A DNA stretch of 64,000 nucleotides, taken from positions 33,418,001-33,482,000 of the forward strand of contig OZ024749.1 of assembly GCA_964016885.1 (NCBI GenBank). Reading direction: 5' to 3'. The DNA is from Eledone cirrhosa. Taxonomy: Eukaryota. The notes under the pieces were generated by a model. It was not told where the DNA came from. It did not search any database and saw only the letters and a list, made by a program, of their open reading frames with translations. The translations under genes and the position numbers were made by a program. This document shows, piece after piece, positions 1 to 15,614 of this stretch. The first letter of the stretch is position 1. Each line of letters starts with the position of its first letter.

Positions 1-58
1 ACACACACATCTATATATCGAGAGATATGGACTTTAAATGGTGTATACATTCATTCAT

Positions 59-163
<105 letters not shown>

Positions 164-174
164 GATATATATAT

Positions 175-338
175 AAAACAAAGGAATTGTGGTAAGGAAC
201 CAGATGGACCATAATGCACCGGAGTACTCAATACTTAGGGTAGTAGAGTGGGAAATAGGAAAAAGTATGACCCCGACGGCAGAGCTCAAGCCGTTTCGAC
301 GGAACGGCTTGAGCTCTGCCGTCGGGGTCATACTTTTT

Positions 339-342
<4 letters not shown>
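175..342 (-). mobile_element. Family FA fold-back element (Penelope-like/retrozyme-like 3' end) with 3' half of hammerhead ribozyme
   Basis: Flanked by (TA)n. Inverted arms GGAAAAAGTATGACCCCGACGGCAGAGCTCAAGCCGTT / AACGGCTTGAGCTCTGCCGTCGGGGTCATACTTTTTCC. GAAA-CGGC..GCCG-TC on the sense strand. About 15 related copies in the window. Confidence 0.8.
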
Positions 343-385
<43 letters not shown>

Positions 386-761
386 GAAAATTATGAAAAT
401 GGCACTTTTCTGCTGATCATTTTATTCCTCAACAATTAAATGTTCAACTCTCACATATTGATACCTATACACATACGTATACACACACATCTGCACGCAT
501 ATTCACATATTCACGCAGATAGCAACACATATATGCAAATACACACACATACATATGGACACATATAAAAACACATACACACGCATACACACACACACAC
601 ACATATGCAAATACACACATATATACACATATATATTGAAATGTGGAGAGTTTACTACGTCGACGTTGAAATGTAAAGCGGAACGTTCAATAACTAGAAG
701 GAGATCAAGGATCTCTCAGATTTTAATGACTATACAATATGCACTACTACTACTACTGCTG

Positions 762-825
<64 letters not shown>

Positions 826-866
826 TACTACTTCTACTACTACTACACACAAACACACAAACACAC

Positions 867-909
<43 letters not shown>

Positions 910-924
910 TATATGTACGTGTGT

Positions 925-1293
925 GTAATGGTAGCTATGGTGCTTCCATAGCCCGTATGCAAAAATTAGCACTCAATATTCATACAGAGCAGAGTGTGAA
1001 TAGTATAACAAAACGAAAAATCAGTGATGCATCTGGACTCAGTCAGTTTATTGCGTGTTACAATTGTTTCGCCGGCAGGTAGCTCGAGACATGATCACTG
1101 TATGGATCTGGCTGATTCTACGGCTGCAGGTTCCTTCGAACACATGCAATTCGTTCGGAGCAAATTTTCTCACCTGCAGACGTAGAATCAGCCAGATCCA
1201 TACAGTGATCATGTCTCGAGCTACCTGCCGGCGAAACAATTGTAACACGCAATAAACTGAGTCCAGATGCATCACTGATTTTTCGTTTTGTTA

Positions 1294-1298
<5 letters not shown>
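925..1298 (-). mobile_element. Family FE fold-back element, ~130-bp inverted arms (1001-1131 / 1172-1298) plus unpaired 3' tail
   Basis: Near-perfect inverted repeat ending in (TA)n. GAAA-CAATTG-TA HHR 3' half at 1233-1244. Bulged 3' hairpin at 971-995 on the minus strand. Confidence 0.75.
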
Positions 1299-1362
<64 letters not shown>

Positions 1363-1399
1363 CCGCCCGTCCCTTCAATCTATCTTATTTCTCATTCTT

Positions 1400-1545
1400 T
1401 CTTCTGGTGAAGGACTAGCGTCCGAAACGCTCAGACCCGCTTCCTGCTATTTCAAGCGTTAACCTAATATAATCCTTCCATGTACTGTACCGATTGTGTT
1501 GTTATTTCTGTTTACCTTTATACATATACGGATGGCTAGAATAGG
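1400..1545 (+). mobile_element. Family FB Penelope-like terminal fragment with degenerate minimal HHR
   Basis: CTGGTGA-A-GGAC-TAGC-GTCC-GAAA-CGCTC followed by TCAAGCGTTAACCTAAT; same tail as 23281, 47859, 52110 and 52833 (minus). Confidence 0.55.
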
Positions 1546-1557
1546 TAAAAGAGTAAA

Positions 1558-1639
<82 letters not shown>

Positions 1640-1811
1640 CGAAGGAAATGTGGTAAGGAACCAGATGGACCATATATATATATATATACATTTATATATG
1701 AATACATTGTTATACTTGGGGAGGGTCATATTTGCGTAATATTGCCAGAATTAATAACAGAACACACTCACTGTTTGGTTGGTTTTCGCTTCTCGCTGTC
1801 TTTTATATCTG

Positions 1812-1876
<65 letters not shown>

Positions 1877-1877
1877 A

Positions 1878-1914
<37 letters not shown>

Positions 1915-1915
1915 A

Positions 1916-2043
<128 letters not shown>

Positions 2044-2073
2044 AGATCAAAAGATGGTTAAAGGAGTTCCATG

Positions 2074-2144
2074 TATTTTATTATGCGCATTTCAAAAACA
2101 AACATCATCATGCAATAATATTTGTGTTTTCATCAGATAAAACA
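2074..2144 (-). ncRNA. Type I hammerhead ribozyme (FC, inverted arm)
   Basis: Reverse complement of the 2282-2352 ribozyme. Confidence 0.8.
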
Positions 2145-2281
2145 GGAGAACATGATATGAAGGCTAAAAAACACTTGTGGATAGTGCAGTTTTAAATCAA
2201 CATATCAGTTTTAAATCAACATATGTTGATTTAAAACTGCACTATCCACAAGTGTTTTTTAGCCTTCATATCATGTTCTCC

Positions 2282-2352
2282 TGTTTTATCTGATGAAAAC
2301 ACAAATATTATTGCATGATGATGTTTGTTTTTGAAATGCGCATAATAAAATA
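2282..2352 (+). ncRNA. Type I hammerhead ribozyme (FC)
   Basis: Stem I TGTTTTAT/ATAAAATA; CTGATGA 2290-2296; AT-rich stem II; GAAA 2333-2336; palindromic stem III TGCGCA; cleavage after TA 2344. Confidence 0.85.
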
Positions 2353-3064
2353 CATGGATCTCCTTTAACCATCTTTTGATCTTATATTATGTATACTCCA
2401 GTCCTACAAACTGTAGAGTGCTTCTTATCCGATATCTGCATTGCTTTATTGTACTACAATAAAACTCACCTCCTACATTATATATATATATATATATATA
2501 TATTGTACCGATTAATGGGGAGATAATCAGTAATGGCTCCCTTTGCTGATTAATCGAATATGATAAACAAAACAGCCATTTATATTTTTTTATTAGGAGC
2601 AAGAAAACTATGGGTGTCAAAAAACATACACTGGATTCAACCTGCAGTGTTAAAACTTCCTTGAAATCTTCAATGGTATGCAACTTCGTATGGAAGAGGT
2701 CAACTAAACTTCGAGCATACCTTTGAGCAGTAAATAAATTCCTATTTCTTTTGTATTTGTTCATCTTTCAGAAAGTAGGTTATGATTTGTCGTGTCGAGC
2801 TATTTTATAGCTGATCAAACGACCATATATACCCCTCACTCGTTGGTATATCGTTATTGTTGGTCTTCAGACATCCAATTTATAGTCGGTGTTGGGTGTG
2901 GCTTAGAACGGCTGTAATTTATGTTAGCTACTCGGATACATAATAGGCTAGCTGGGTATATAATAGCTATCCGGGTATATAATAACTAGTTAGGTGGTTA
3001 TAACATTCCTAAACGACTTTAATAATACTATCCATTGGCGTACGGTGGATATCTTCTTACGTCT

Positions 3065-3149
3065 GTACGTACGTACGTATGTATGTATGTATGTATGTAT
3101 GTATGTATGTATGTATGTATGTATGTATGTATGTATGTATGTATGTATG

Positions 3150-3183
<34 letters not shown>

Positions 3184-3187
3184 TGTA

Positions 3188-3223
<36 letters not shown>

Positions 3224-3721
3224 TGTATGTATGTATGTATGTATGTATGTATGCATGTATGTATCTATGTATGCATGTATATATGTATGTATGTATATAT
3301 GTATGTACGTATGTATGTATGTATGTATGTATGTATGTATGTATGTATGTATGAATGTATGTATGTATGCATGTATGTATGTATGTATGTACGTACGTAT
3401 GTATCTATGTATGCATGTATGTATGTATGTATGTATGTATGTATGTATGTATGTATGTATGTACGTATGTATGTACGTATGTATGTATGTATGCATGTAT
3501 GTATGTATGTATGTATGAATGTATGTATGTATGTATGTATGTATGTATGTATGTATGTATGTATGTATGTACGTACGTATGTATCTATGTATGCATGTAT
3601 ATATGTATGTATGTATGTATGTACGTATGTATGTACGTACGTATGTATCTATGTATGCATGTATGTATGTATGTATGTATGTATGTATGTATGTATGTAT
3701 GTATGTATGTATGTACGTACG

Positions 3722-3755
<34 letters not shown>

Positions 3756-3865
3756 TGTATGTATGTATGTATGAATGTATGAATGTATGTATGTATGTAT
3801 GTATGTATGTATGTATGTATGTATGTATGTATGTATGTATGTACGTATGTATCTATGTATGCATG

Positions 3866-3899
<34 letters not shown>

Positions 3900-4816
3900 T
3901 GTATGTATGTATCTATGCATGTATGTATGTATGTACGTACGTATATATCTATGTATGCATGTATGTATGTATGTATGTATGTATGTATGTATGTACGTAC
4001 GTACGCATGTATCTATGTATGCATGTATGTATGTATGTATGTATGTATGTATGTATGTATGTATGTATGTATGTATGTATGTATGTATGTTTTCTCTTTC
4101 TCTTAATTTCGAGTATATTTTTTTGACCGGCCACCTTCCTGGTGGCAAGGTTGTAAAAGAAAGGAAATTGTCATCCCTTGAATCGCAAGAATGTTTTGCA
4201 TATTTTGAAGGTGCCAGCTATCGCAGCCATTTGTAGACTATGAATTAGGGAGCTGCGCTTTTTGTCCGCAAATCCAAGTTCGGTCATACTTTGGTCCAAG
4301 CGGGTTGGTATATAACCCGTAGCACCAATAATGATGGGTATGAAGCTAAAGGTGTATCTTGGATACTGGATTTGTAAACTCCTCATCAATGGTCCGTAGA
4401 TGTCCTCCTTCTCCTGTATTTTTCTGACAACGTTTACATCAAGTGGGCAGCTGATCTCCACAACAGAACATGTATGTATGTATGTATGTATGTATGTATG
4501 TATGTATGTATGTATGTATGTATGTATGTATGTATGTATGTATGTATGTATGTATATATGTATGTATGTATGCATGTATGTATGTACGTATGTATGTACG
4601 TATGTATCTATGTATGCATGTATGTATGTATGTATGTATGTATGTATGTATGAATGTATGTATGTATGTATGTATGTATGTATGTATGTATGTATGTATG
4701 AATGTATGTATGTATGTATGTATGTATGTATGTATGAATGTATGTATGTATGTCTGTCTGTATGTATCTATGTATGCATGTATGTATGTACGTACGTATG
4801 TATCTATGTATGCATG

Positions 4817-4850
<34 letters not shown>

Positions 4851-5150
4851 TGTATGTATGTATGTATGCATGTATGTATGTATGTACGTACGTATATATC
4901 TATGTATGCATGTATATTTGTATGTATGTATGTATGTATGTATGTATGTATGTATGTATGTATGTACGTACGTATGTATTTATGTATGCATGTATATATG
5001 TATGTATGCATATGTATGTATGTATATGTAATATGTATGTATATATGTATGTGTGTATTTAAGTATACATATGTATGTATGCATATATGTATATATGTAT
5101 GTATATGTAATTATTTATATATATGTATGCATGTATGTACGTATGTATGT
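3065..5150. repeat. (TATG)n microsatellite, interrupted by a LINE fragment
   Basis: Direct inspection. Confidence 0.97.
4090..4470 (-). mobile_element. 5'-truncated site-specific non-LTR retrotransposon (R4/Dong/NeSL-like), C-terminal restriction-like endonuclease
   Basis: Translation VVEISCPLDVNVVRKIQEKEDIYGPL...FIPIIIGATGYIP...LQMAAIAGTFKICKTF matches the REL motif pattern (E-x-S-x-P, K..KY, P-h-h-h-G-A-x-G); sits inside (CATA)n. Confidence 0.8.
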
Positions 5151-5366
5151 AAACATGCATGTTTATTTATACACATATAATAGGCACCCACTTTTATGCG
5201 TGGGGGTGTGGTAATGCATATATTAAACACACAGACATTTCATAGACATACACACACACGCACACACATATATATATATATATGTATATATACATACATA
5301 TATATATATATATACATATATATACACACACACAGACACACACATATATATATGTATATATACATA

Positions 5367-5408
<42 letters not shown>

Positions 5409-5521
5409 GACGCACACAGACGCACACAGACACACACACACATACTCACACCCACATACATATATATATGTATATATACATACATATATATATATATATA
5501 TAAATATATATACACACACGT

Positions 5522-5685
<164 letters not shown>

Positions 5686-5821
5686 CTGTGTGTGTATGTG
5701 AGTTTACACACGTAAATGATCCGGCACAAATATAAATGAAATATATCTTAGTAAGGTAATATATATTTATATATAGGTTAAACATCCTGTCCATAGCCCA
5801 TCCTAGGGTCGTGGTTGTGAG

Positions 5822-6500
<679 letters not shown>

Positions 6501-6778
6501 GTTTAGGAAGTCAAAACCACCACCACATTTTGCAATCAGATGAAGTGATTAAGTTGAAGCTGTAAAATCGCTGCCATTTTTCTACTTGAAATTTCTAATG
6601 AAATTTGCACTCTACCCACAAATATTGAGTGCGAATTCAGTTAATGTTTGACTGTTTCAAATAGTTTGGTATTTTAAACAACTGTTCTATTATCAAGGTT
6701 AAACCTTTCGAAAATAAACCACCAGAAACTGCTTATTTTAAAGTAAAACAAAAGTACGTTCCAAGCACCAGTTTAATA

Positions 6779-6965
6779 ATTGTTTCTACTTTAGGCACAA
6801 GGCCAGCAATTATACCAGTGCATTACTGGTACTTTATTTTATCGACCCCGTAAGGATGAAAGGCAAAGTTAACCTCGGCGGGATTTGAACTTAGAATGGC
6901 AAGGGCCGTAACTCTATGCGTCAAAGCATGGCATCCAACCCTCTACCGATACTGCCAACCCACAA
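6779..6965 (-). mobile_element. tRNA-derived SINE (main family)
   Basis: Minus strand has A box (GGCAGTATCGGTAG) and B box (GTTCAAATCC), body CTTTGCCTTTCATCCTTACGGGGTCGATAAAATAAAGTACCAG, tail AGTAGAAACAA. Confidence 0.9.
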
Positions 6966-7711
6966 TGATAAAGTTGGTACCTAAGATGTGTTTGTGTCCG
7001 TGAAACATATCTATGTTATACAGCAGGTCTGAACACAAAGGAACCAAACTCCCACTGTCACTGCCTCCGTCTCTCCTGCTCTGCCCATCTCTCACTGTTA
7101 TGAATAAATAGAGCCCCACGCACTGGCCGCCCCTTGGGCCCCGGTGGACAGAAAAGACGTTTCCTCGAAGAGCCATGCCAGCTCGCGTGGCTCACACCTG
7201 AAGGTTGCCGATGGTAGTGAGCAGGGATTCCTTCTGGTGTCCTTGGCTCTAGGTCCAAGGACACCAGAAGACTCCACTGCCATGGACTCGACTGCAAACC
7301 TGTTGGAGATCGACCGACAAGTTATTCATGTTTCTAAAAACCTCCAAATTTCATATTTACAAGATTAATTGGAATTTGCAAGCTTTATATCTTGAAATAA
7401 ATCTCTTTAGTGAACAGTTATTGGGGCATCGGCTTAAATGGTTCATGCTTCAGTATTTATTTTAATTCACTCTACTCTGAGTTCAAATCCCACCATATAT
7501 TCTTCCAATAGTGTCTACAATGTTTGACTCATTATCATAAAGTCGTGCATCCGATTCCTGGATTCGGTGATGCAATGTGTTATTGAACAAGACACTTCAT
7601 TCCACGTGGTTTTCTGTGATAGGACTGCGGTCCGTATCATTAATATTTACATTACTACATTTCTAGGGAGAAATGAAGAGTGGGAGCGAAAGAGGAGACA
7701 GGGAGAAATAG

Positions 7712-7745
<34 letters not shown>

Positions 7746-7953
7746 TGAGAGAGAGAGAGAGGGGGAAGACAGAAGGGAGAGAGAGATACAGAGAGAGAAA
7801 GAGGTGAAAGAAAGACAGAGAAAGAGAGAGAAAGAGGAGAAAGAAAGGAGGAAGAGAGTGAGAGAGTAGGAGAGAGAATGAGAGAGAACGAGAGAGAGAG
7901 AGAGTGAGAGAGAAAGAAAAAGAATATGTGTGTGTGTGTGTGTGTGTGTAAGT

Positions 7954-8007
<54 letters not shown>

Positions 8008-8107
8008 GACAGAAAGGAGGAAGAGAGTGAGAGAGTAGGAGAGAGCATGGGAGAGAGGGAGAGAGGGAGAGAGAAAGAAAGATAATGTGTGTGTGTATGT
8101 GTGTCAG

Positions 8108-8145
<38 letters not shown>

Positions 8146-8255
8146 GAAAGAGAGAAAGAGAGGAAGACAGAAACGAGGAAGAGAGAGAGAGAGAGGAGAA
8201 TGTGAGAGCGAAAGAGTGAGAGAGAAAGAAAGAGAATATGCATGTGTGTGTGTGC

Positions 8256-8321
<66 letters not shown>

Positions 8322-8953
8322 GTGCGCGTGTGTGTGTGTGTGAGACAGAGAGAGAGATTTATGAGCTGCAATTAATCTATAGGATATTTTGAAACCTGTC
8401 TTTTATATTGTTACACACCCTGTTTTATTTAGATACACTCACACACAGCTACTCACACATACATACACACACTCTCTCACACACATACATACATATATAT
8501 ATATATGCATATATATATATGCATATATATATATACATATATATATATGCATATATATATATATGCATATATACATATATATATATATATATTATACATA
8601 CATTCATACATAATACATACATACACACACACTCTGTCTCACACATATACATACATATATGTATATCTATATATATATATAAATACACACAACCACACAT
8701 GTATATGTAATATATTATATATATATGCATACATATATACGTATATATATATATATACATGCATACATGCATATATACATACATATATACATATATACAT
8801 ATATACATACATACAATGCACACATACATGCACACATACATGCACACATATTCATATTTCATTTCATGCTTCATTTCATCACATACCTGAAATATCCGCT
8901 CGCGCACACATACACACGCACACGTTCCCACATACATGCACACACGGGCACAT

Positions 8954-9017
<64 letters not shown>

Positions 9018-9174
9018 TCACATTCACACACATACACACACACACATACATACACACCTACCTCTATATTTAACATTTACACTGTCTGCTGTGGCAAGTC
9101 CGGAAAGATCGCCAATCAAATACCCGATCCGTATTGGGAATTCAGAGTTGGTATATTTTTTTAGGAAGAATATA

Positions 9175-9254
<80 letters not shown>

Positions 9255-9339
9255 TATATTGTAGTATAAGTTTGGTAGAAATATCCACCTCTCTATTCAT
9301 AGGACGAGTTAAGTATAATTAATTACAACAGTGACATAT

Positions 9340-9389
9340 ACAAGTACTTAAGTTTCATTGGATTATACACCCCAACTCATTCAGCCTGT
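9340..9389 (-). ncRNA. Hammerhead ribozyme variant with CUGAAUGA core (family FL; element from ~9261)
   Basis: Minus strand ACAGG-CTGAATGA-G-TTGG..CCAA-T-GAAA-CTTAAG-TA-CTTGT; homolog at 35057-35106. Confidence 0.7.
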
Positions 9390-10374
9390 TATATAAAAAG
9401 AAGATGGCGACTCCCATGGTTCATTAAAGGATTTTAGAAAAATATGCGAGAGCTCTTTAAGGACAGGTAAATTCGAAATTATCCATAAATAAACAAAATT
9501 ATTAGATAAGTTAAAGGGAGGTAACTATAAAAAAAAAATCACAAATCCAGGGTACTTGTGCTTAGTTAGTAATTCAAAGAAATTAAATTCTTTGAAATTC
9601 AGATTAGTATGATCTATACCATTTTATCAGATTGAATTTTGCTTCGTGTGGACAGTGACTAAAGCACTCAAGGCGTGTATTTAAGCAGTGTTTCTCTGAA
9701 GCTAGCTGTGAGAGTATATTCACTGTACCTATAATGGCCGGACTGTGCATATAATGGTCGAGCTATCTATAACGGCTGGAGTGTATTTACATCTTTAACT
9801 TTATCCCAAACCATGTCACGCAGATTCTGCCATTAATGATGCAAATGCCTGTGGAATAATCAACCTCTTTACAATAAAATTATTTAATGATCGAACACCT
9901 CGTCTTACAGCCATCGCCTATATCGACGAATAATAATCTTCTTTATTACCTTTCTTTTAGCATAGACATATATCAATACATACGGACACACCCACAGAAA
10001 TAATCCTATAAAATGTATGTAAGTTATTTTGAAAGTTCTGATACTGGGGTACCCCAGTAACCAACAATCCAAACAACTAACCAGCCAACCAATGGACCAG
10101 CTAACCAACCGCCTAACCAGTCAGTCAGTCAACCTACCAGCCAGCCGGCCAGCCAACCAGCCTAGCAGCCAGCTAACCAAGTAACCAGCCAACCAAGTAA
10201 CCAGCCGTTCAACGAATCAGCCAAACAACCGACCAGCTAAATACCAGCCAGCCAGCCAACCATCCAGCCAACAAACCGATGGAGCTAACGACCAGCCAAC
10301 TAGCTAAACAACCGACCAGTCAACCAACCGACACACCGACAAAGTAACCAGCCAGCTAACCGACCAACCGACCA

Positions 10375-10712
10375 GCCAGCCCAACAGGTAACCAGCCAAC
10401 AAACTGATCAACTGTCCGACCAGCCAACCCAACAGGTAACCAGCCAACAAACTGATCAACTGTCCGACCAGCCAACCCAACAGGTAACCAGCCAACAAAC
10501 TGATCAACTGTCCGACCAGCCAACCCAACAGGTAACCAGCCAACAAACTGATCAACCGTCCGACCAGCCAACCCAACAGGTAACCAGCCAACAAACTGAT
10601 CAACTGTCCGACCAGCCAACCCAACAGGTAACCAGCCAACAAACTGATCAACTGTCCGACCAGCCAACCCAACAGGTAACCAGCCAACAAACTGATCAAC
10701 TGTCCGACCAGC
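10375..10712. repeat. 48-bp minisatellite, ~7 near-identical copies
   Basis: Unit CCAACCCAACAGGTAACCAGCCAACAAACTGATCAACTGTCCGACCAG. Confidence 0.92.
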
Positions 10713-10811
10713 CAGAACAATGAACAATAAACAAGCAAACTGAAGCAGTCAACCGTTTGACCTGGCTTTCCAATCGACATACCTTGTTTCAGTTTATTAA
10801 ATACTAACCGA

Positions 10812-13690
10812 ATACCTACCTACTGTCCTACCTACCTACCTACCCACCTACCTGCCTACCTGCCTGCCTACCTACCTACCTACCTACCTACCTACCTACC
10901 TACCTACCTACCTACCTACCTACCTACCTACCTACCTACCTACCTACCTACCTACCTACCTACCCACCTACCTGCCTACCTGCCTACCTACCTACCTACC
11001 TACCTACCTACTTACCTACCTACCTACCTACCTACCTACCTACCTACCTACCTACCTACCTACCTACTTACCTACCTACCTACCCGCCTACCTGCCTGCC
11101 TACCTACCTACCTACCTACCTACCTACCTACCTACCTACCTATCTACCTACCTACCTACCTACCTACTTACCTACCTACCTACCTACCTACCTACCTACC
11201 TACCTACCTACCTACTTACCTACCTACCTATCTACCTACCTACCTACCTACCTACCTACTTACCTACCTACCTACCTACCTACCTACCTACCTACCTACC
11301 TACCTACCTACACGCCTACCTGCCTGCCTACCTACCTACCTACCTACCTACTTACCTACCTACCTACCTACCTACCTACCTACCTACCTACCTACCTACA
11401 CGCCTACCTGCCTACCTACCTACCTACCTACCTACCTACCTACCTACCTACCTACCTACCTACCTACCTACCTACCTACCTACCCGCCTACCTGCCTGCC
11501 TACCTACCTACCTACCTACCTACCTACCTACCTACCTACCTACCTACCTACCTACCTACCTACTTACCTACCTACCTACCTACCTACCTACCTACCTACC
11601 TATCTACCTACTTACCTACCTACCTACCTATCTACCTACCTACCTACCTACCTACCTACTTACCTACCTACCTACCTACCTACCTACCTATCTACCTACC
11701 TACCTATCTACCTACCTACCTACCTACCTACCTACCTACCTATCTACCTACCTACCTACCTATCTACCTACCTACCTACCTACCTACCGACTTACCTACC
11801 TACCTACCTATCTACCTACCTACCTACCTACCTACCTACCTACCTATCTACCTACCTACCTACCTGCCAACACCCTTCAAACGGAGGGCTGGGGATGCCG
11901 TGGCTGACGATGTGCAAACACGCGCTCAGGCTGCGGCACCTCCACGTATTCCTCACCAGACAACCGGTGTGGGCCCCGTTCGTGAGGCGAGCCTTCCCAC
12001 GACTTGTCTCGCTGACCGAGCTGTATACCTGGGTCAAGCAAAGACCGAGGAAAATGGGTGCCTGGCATATCGAACGTGCTCAGGCGCTCACAGTTCTCTG
12101 GCAAACGGAGCCGGCGATCAGTGGAGACTCCACTTCGACATTCTATAGAGGGTTGATCCGCAGCAAGTGCGACGACGCGCTCGGAGAAACTCTAGGCGTA
12201 GAGGAGGACGAACTGGCCAGTCTGTTCGGTAGGACCTTCCGCCCGGGACCAATGGACAACTTCCAAAAGTCCCTGGCCTGGCAGTGCTACCGAGGAGCTC
12301 TACCAGTTCGAGACAAGCTCTACAGACACGGGCACCCAGGTAGGGACCCTTCGAAAAAGAATGGTCCGAGATGCGTGCGCGACGAGGAAACCGTCGCACA
12401 CGCATTTGTACACTGTCCGGGCGTTACCGACCTGTGGAGCTATGTAGAACGACTATTGTCGCGGGTGGGACCAATCCAGTTGACCACTGATTCCATTGTC
12501 ATGATCAAACCGCCACCCTCCTTCAAAAACGAGGGAGAGGCGGTTTTCCTATGTGTTATGGCTATGGTGAAAGAGGTTATATGGTGGACGAGGTTAAAAG
12601 GGCTGAGGTCAGACACCTTTCTCTCCGGCCAACAACTGATTCGTTTTTTCAAATATCATTTTGGAAGAATAATCAGGATGGAGAGAGAGGTGCTGTACCC
12701 CAGCAAGTTTTATAAAAGGTGGGTGAATTTGGCAAAGATGGCCCGAGTGGTTGGGCCTTCTCTCTATATAAGCCTGTAGGTTGAGGAAAAAGAGGAAGAG
12801 AGAAAGTGAGTACTCACTCTTGGTGCTCCTGGAGATGAGAGTTGTACATTTTTTCGGCGTGTGTACAACCCCTGTGTAACACCTCCCCCCTATTGGGGAT
12901 TTCAATTGTTATTTGTTGTTTTATTAATAGTTTTATTTTCATATACCTGTATGTAAACTCCCCATTTGTATTTGTCCCCTTCTTTTGTGGCCTTGTGACT
13001 AATAAAGAAATTTATCTATCTACCTGCCTACTTACCTACCTATCTGCCTACCTACCTACCTACTTACCCACCTACCTACCTACCTACCTACCTACCTACC
13101 TACCTACCTACCTACCTACCTACCTACCTACCTACCTACCTACCTACCTACTTACCTACCTACCTACCTACCTACCTACCTACCTACCTACCTACCTACC
13201 TACCTACCTACCTACCTACCTACCCACCTACCTACCTACCTACCTACCTACCTACCTACCTACCTACTTACCTACCTACCCACCTACCTACCTACTTACC
13301 TACCTACCTACCTACCTACCTACCTACCTACCTACCTACCTACCTACCTACTTACCTACCTACCCACCTACCTACCTACTTACCTACCTACCTACCTACC
13401 TACCTACCTACCTACCTACCTACCTACCTACCTACCTACTTACCTACCTACCTATCTACCTACCCACCTATCTACCTACCTACCTGCCTACCTATCTACC
13501 TACCCCTTATTTTATTTTTATATTTTGTTATTGCCTCCTCCTTATTGAGGACGCCTTTTTGTGTAAACTCCCCCCTTTGTACTTGTCCCACTTTTGATGC
13601 CCTAGTGGCAAATAAAAGAAACATACCTATCTACCTACCCACCTACCAACATACCTACCTACCAACCTACCTATCCAACTACCTACCTGA
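10812..13690. repeat. (CCTA)n microsatellite hosting Tx1-like insertions
   Basis: Direct inspection. Confidence 0.95.
11866..13013 (+). mobile_element. 5'-truncated Tx1/L1-clade LINE; ORF2 C-terminus (11895-12779) with zf-RVT-like zinc-binding region, plus 3' UTR
   Basis: AWQCYRGALPVRDKL..GPRC..EETVAHAFVHCP..LW pattern (first Cys of CxxC lost), IWWTR motif, AATAAAG 3' end, (CCTA)n on both sides. Confidence 0.85.
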
Positions 13691-13912
13691 AAAGAATGAA
13701 GGGTGTAGTTGCACAACACGCTCCTGGAGTTGAGGTTTGTTCTATGTACGAGGTATAAAACAACCCATTTGTAACGCTTCCCCCCTATTGGGGATTTCGA
13801 TTGTTATATTTTCATGTTAAAAATATTTTTACACGACTGTATGTAAAATCCCCGCCATATGTCTTAGTATTGTCCCATTTTCTTGTGCGCCCTTGTGGCA
13901 AATAAAAAAATA
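13502..13912 (+). mobile_element. Two further 3' UTR fragments of the Tx1-like family (13502-13622, 13690-13912)
   Basis: Share CCCCCTATTGGGGATTT and/or GTAAACTCCCC..TTGTCCC..GTGGCAAATAAA with 12880-13010. Confidence 0.7.
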
Positions 13913-14551
13913 TATCTATCTACCAGGCCTATATACCCTGTTATTAGACTAATTTCTGTAGTAAAAAATACGATGAAAGCTTCTAATTCAATGTTCAAAT
14001 TTCACTCACCATCTTCTAAACACTCTTGTTGGTTATTAAATAAATATAAGCACTTCAAAACAAATATTGTTTTTTGCATCATAGAACCAGGGGCGTTTTA
14101 GTATCAAAAAGGTTTTTAAAAGATGTCAGCATAATATTTTAACATTTTAGTACTTAAAATTAAAATAAAATGCTTTTAAATCCTTCTGGTTTCAAAAAGA
14201 AAAACAAGAAAACAAAAAAAAACAACAACCAGAAAAGCCCTAGAAGCTAACTCAAGAAATATTAGCGTAAACTGTTAATATTTCAAAGACTTAGATTCCG
14301 ACAAATCGAATCAACAATATTTATCTCTTTTTTTTCCTTTTCAGCACTGAAATCATTAAGAAAGGCTTACTTCACACATTGACATTTTGTCATCCATCGT
14401 AAGATTTCTGTTTAAGACGTCTTCGAAATATTGTCATCATCATCATCATCATCCCAAACATCATATATATCATACACAAATATAAATGTATTCATATATA
14501 AATGTATATATATATATATGGTCCATCTGGTTCCTTACCACATTTCCTTCG

Positions 14552-14634
<83 letters not shown>

Positions 14635-15287
14635 CGTGCGTGTGTGTGTGCGTGTGTGTGCATGTGTGTATATATATATACATATATAAATATATACACA
14701 TATACATACGTAGAGTTAACTGAAGAAAATTTAATAATTGCCAATCTATTGTATATTTAAGCTCGATGTGTTTATTCGTTATAGAAGAGGTGTCATTTAA
14801 GAATAGAAGAAAGGGTGACATATGTAACAGAGAACATATACAACACGTTCAAATGATAGCGAAGTGTTCTTAAATGATTTAAGCACTCTTCTCTAGTATT
14901 TAAATGTTATATATATATATATAGATATAACACATGAGTTGGCAGTGGTCGGCAGAGAGACAATCCACGAGGTGGGTGACAGGGAGATGAAATATAGAAA
15001 AGATTGAGAAAGGAGGAGGACAAAGAGAAGTGTGTTGGCGCATAGAAGTGTCTATGAGAAGGAAATAAAGAAAGGCGATGTACTAGACAAGTTCAAACAC
15101 ACAACTTCACACTCATCAGCTCTCAAACCAGCAGAATGTTTTCGCACGATTTAATTAAGAGAGTATAATTTTAAAATGCTATGATATACAAAACATCAAT
15201 CCGGCCAGAATGGGCGAACTGATGTTTTGACGACATTGAAAAAAGTATATGATATATTATACACAGGTATGTTTACAATATTATAGA

Positions 15288-15353
<66 letters not shown>

Positions 15354-15374
15354 GTATCTATATACACACAAACA

Positions 15375-15421
<47 letters not shown>

Positions 15422-15473
15422 GTATCTATATACACACACACATACATATATACACACATATATATATATATAT

Positions 15474-15513
<40 letters not shown>

Positions 15514-15533
15514 CATGTTATATAAATCATATT

Positions 15534-15614
<81 letters not shown>

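Noticed and set aside
2387-2880. 125-aa ORF and a CTGAAGA on the minus strand
   Set aside because: No recognisable domain; no matching stem I/III for a ribozyme.
10375-10712. 16-aa repeat membrane-protein-like ORF
   Set aside because: 48-bp minisatellite grown from CCAA/CCAG simple repeats.
11895-12779. Host gene CDS of 294 aa
   Set aside because: C-terminal piece of a 5'-truncated Tx1/L1-clade ORF2 embedded in (CCTA)n.
14713-14765. CTGAAGA with possible stem I GAGTTAA/TTAAGCTC
   Set aside because: GAAA missing; too degenerate to call.
15078-15125. CTGATGA on the minus strand
   Set aside because: GAAC instead of GAAA and stems do not pair.
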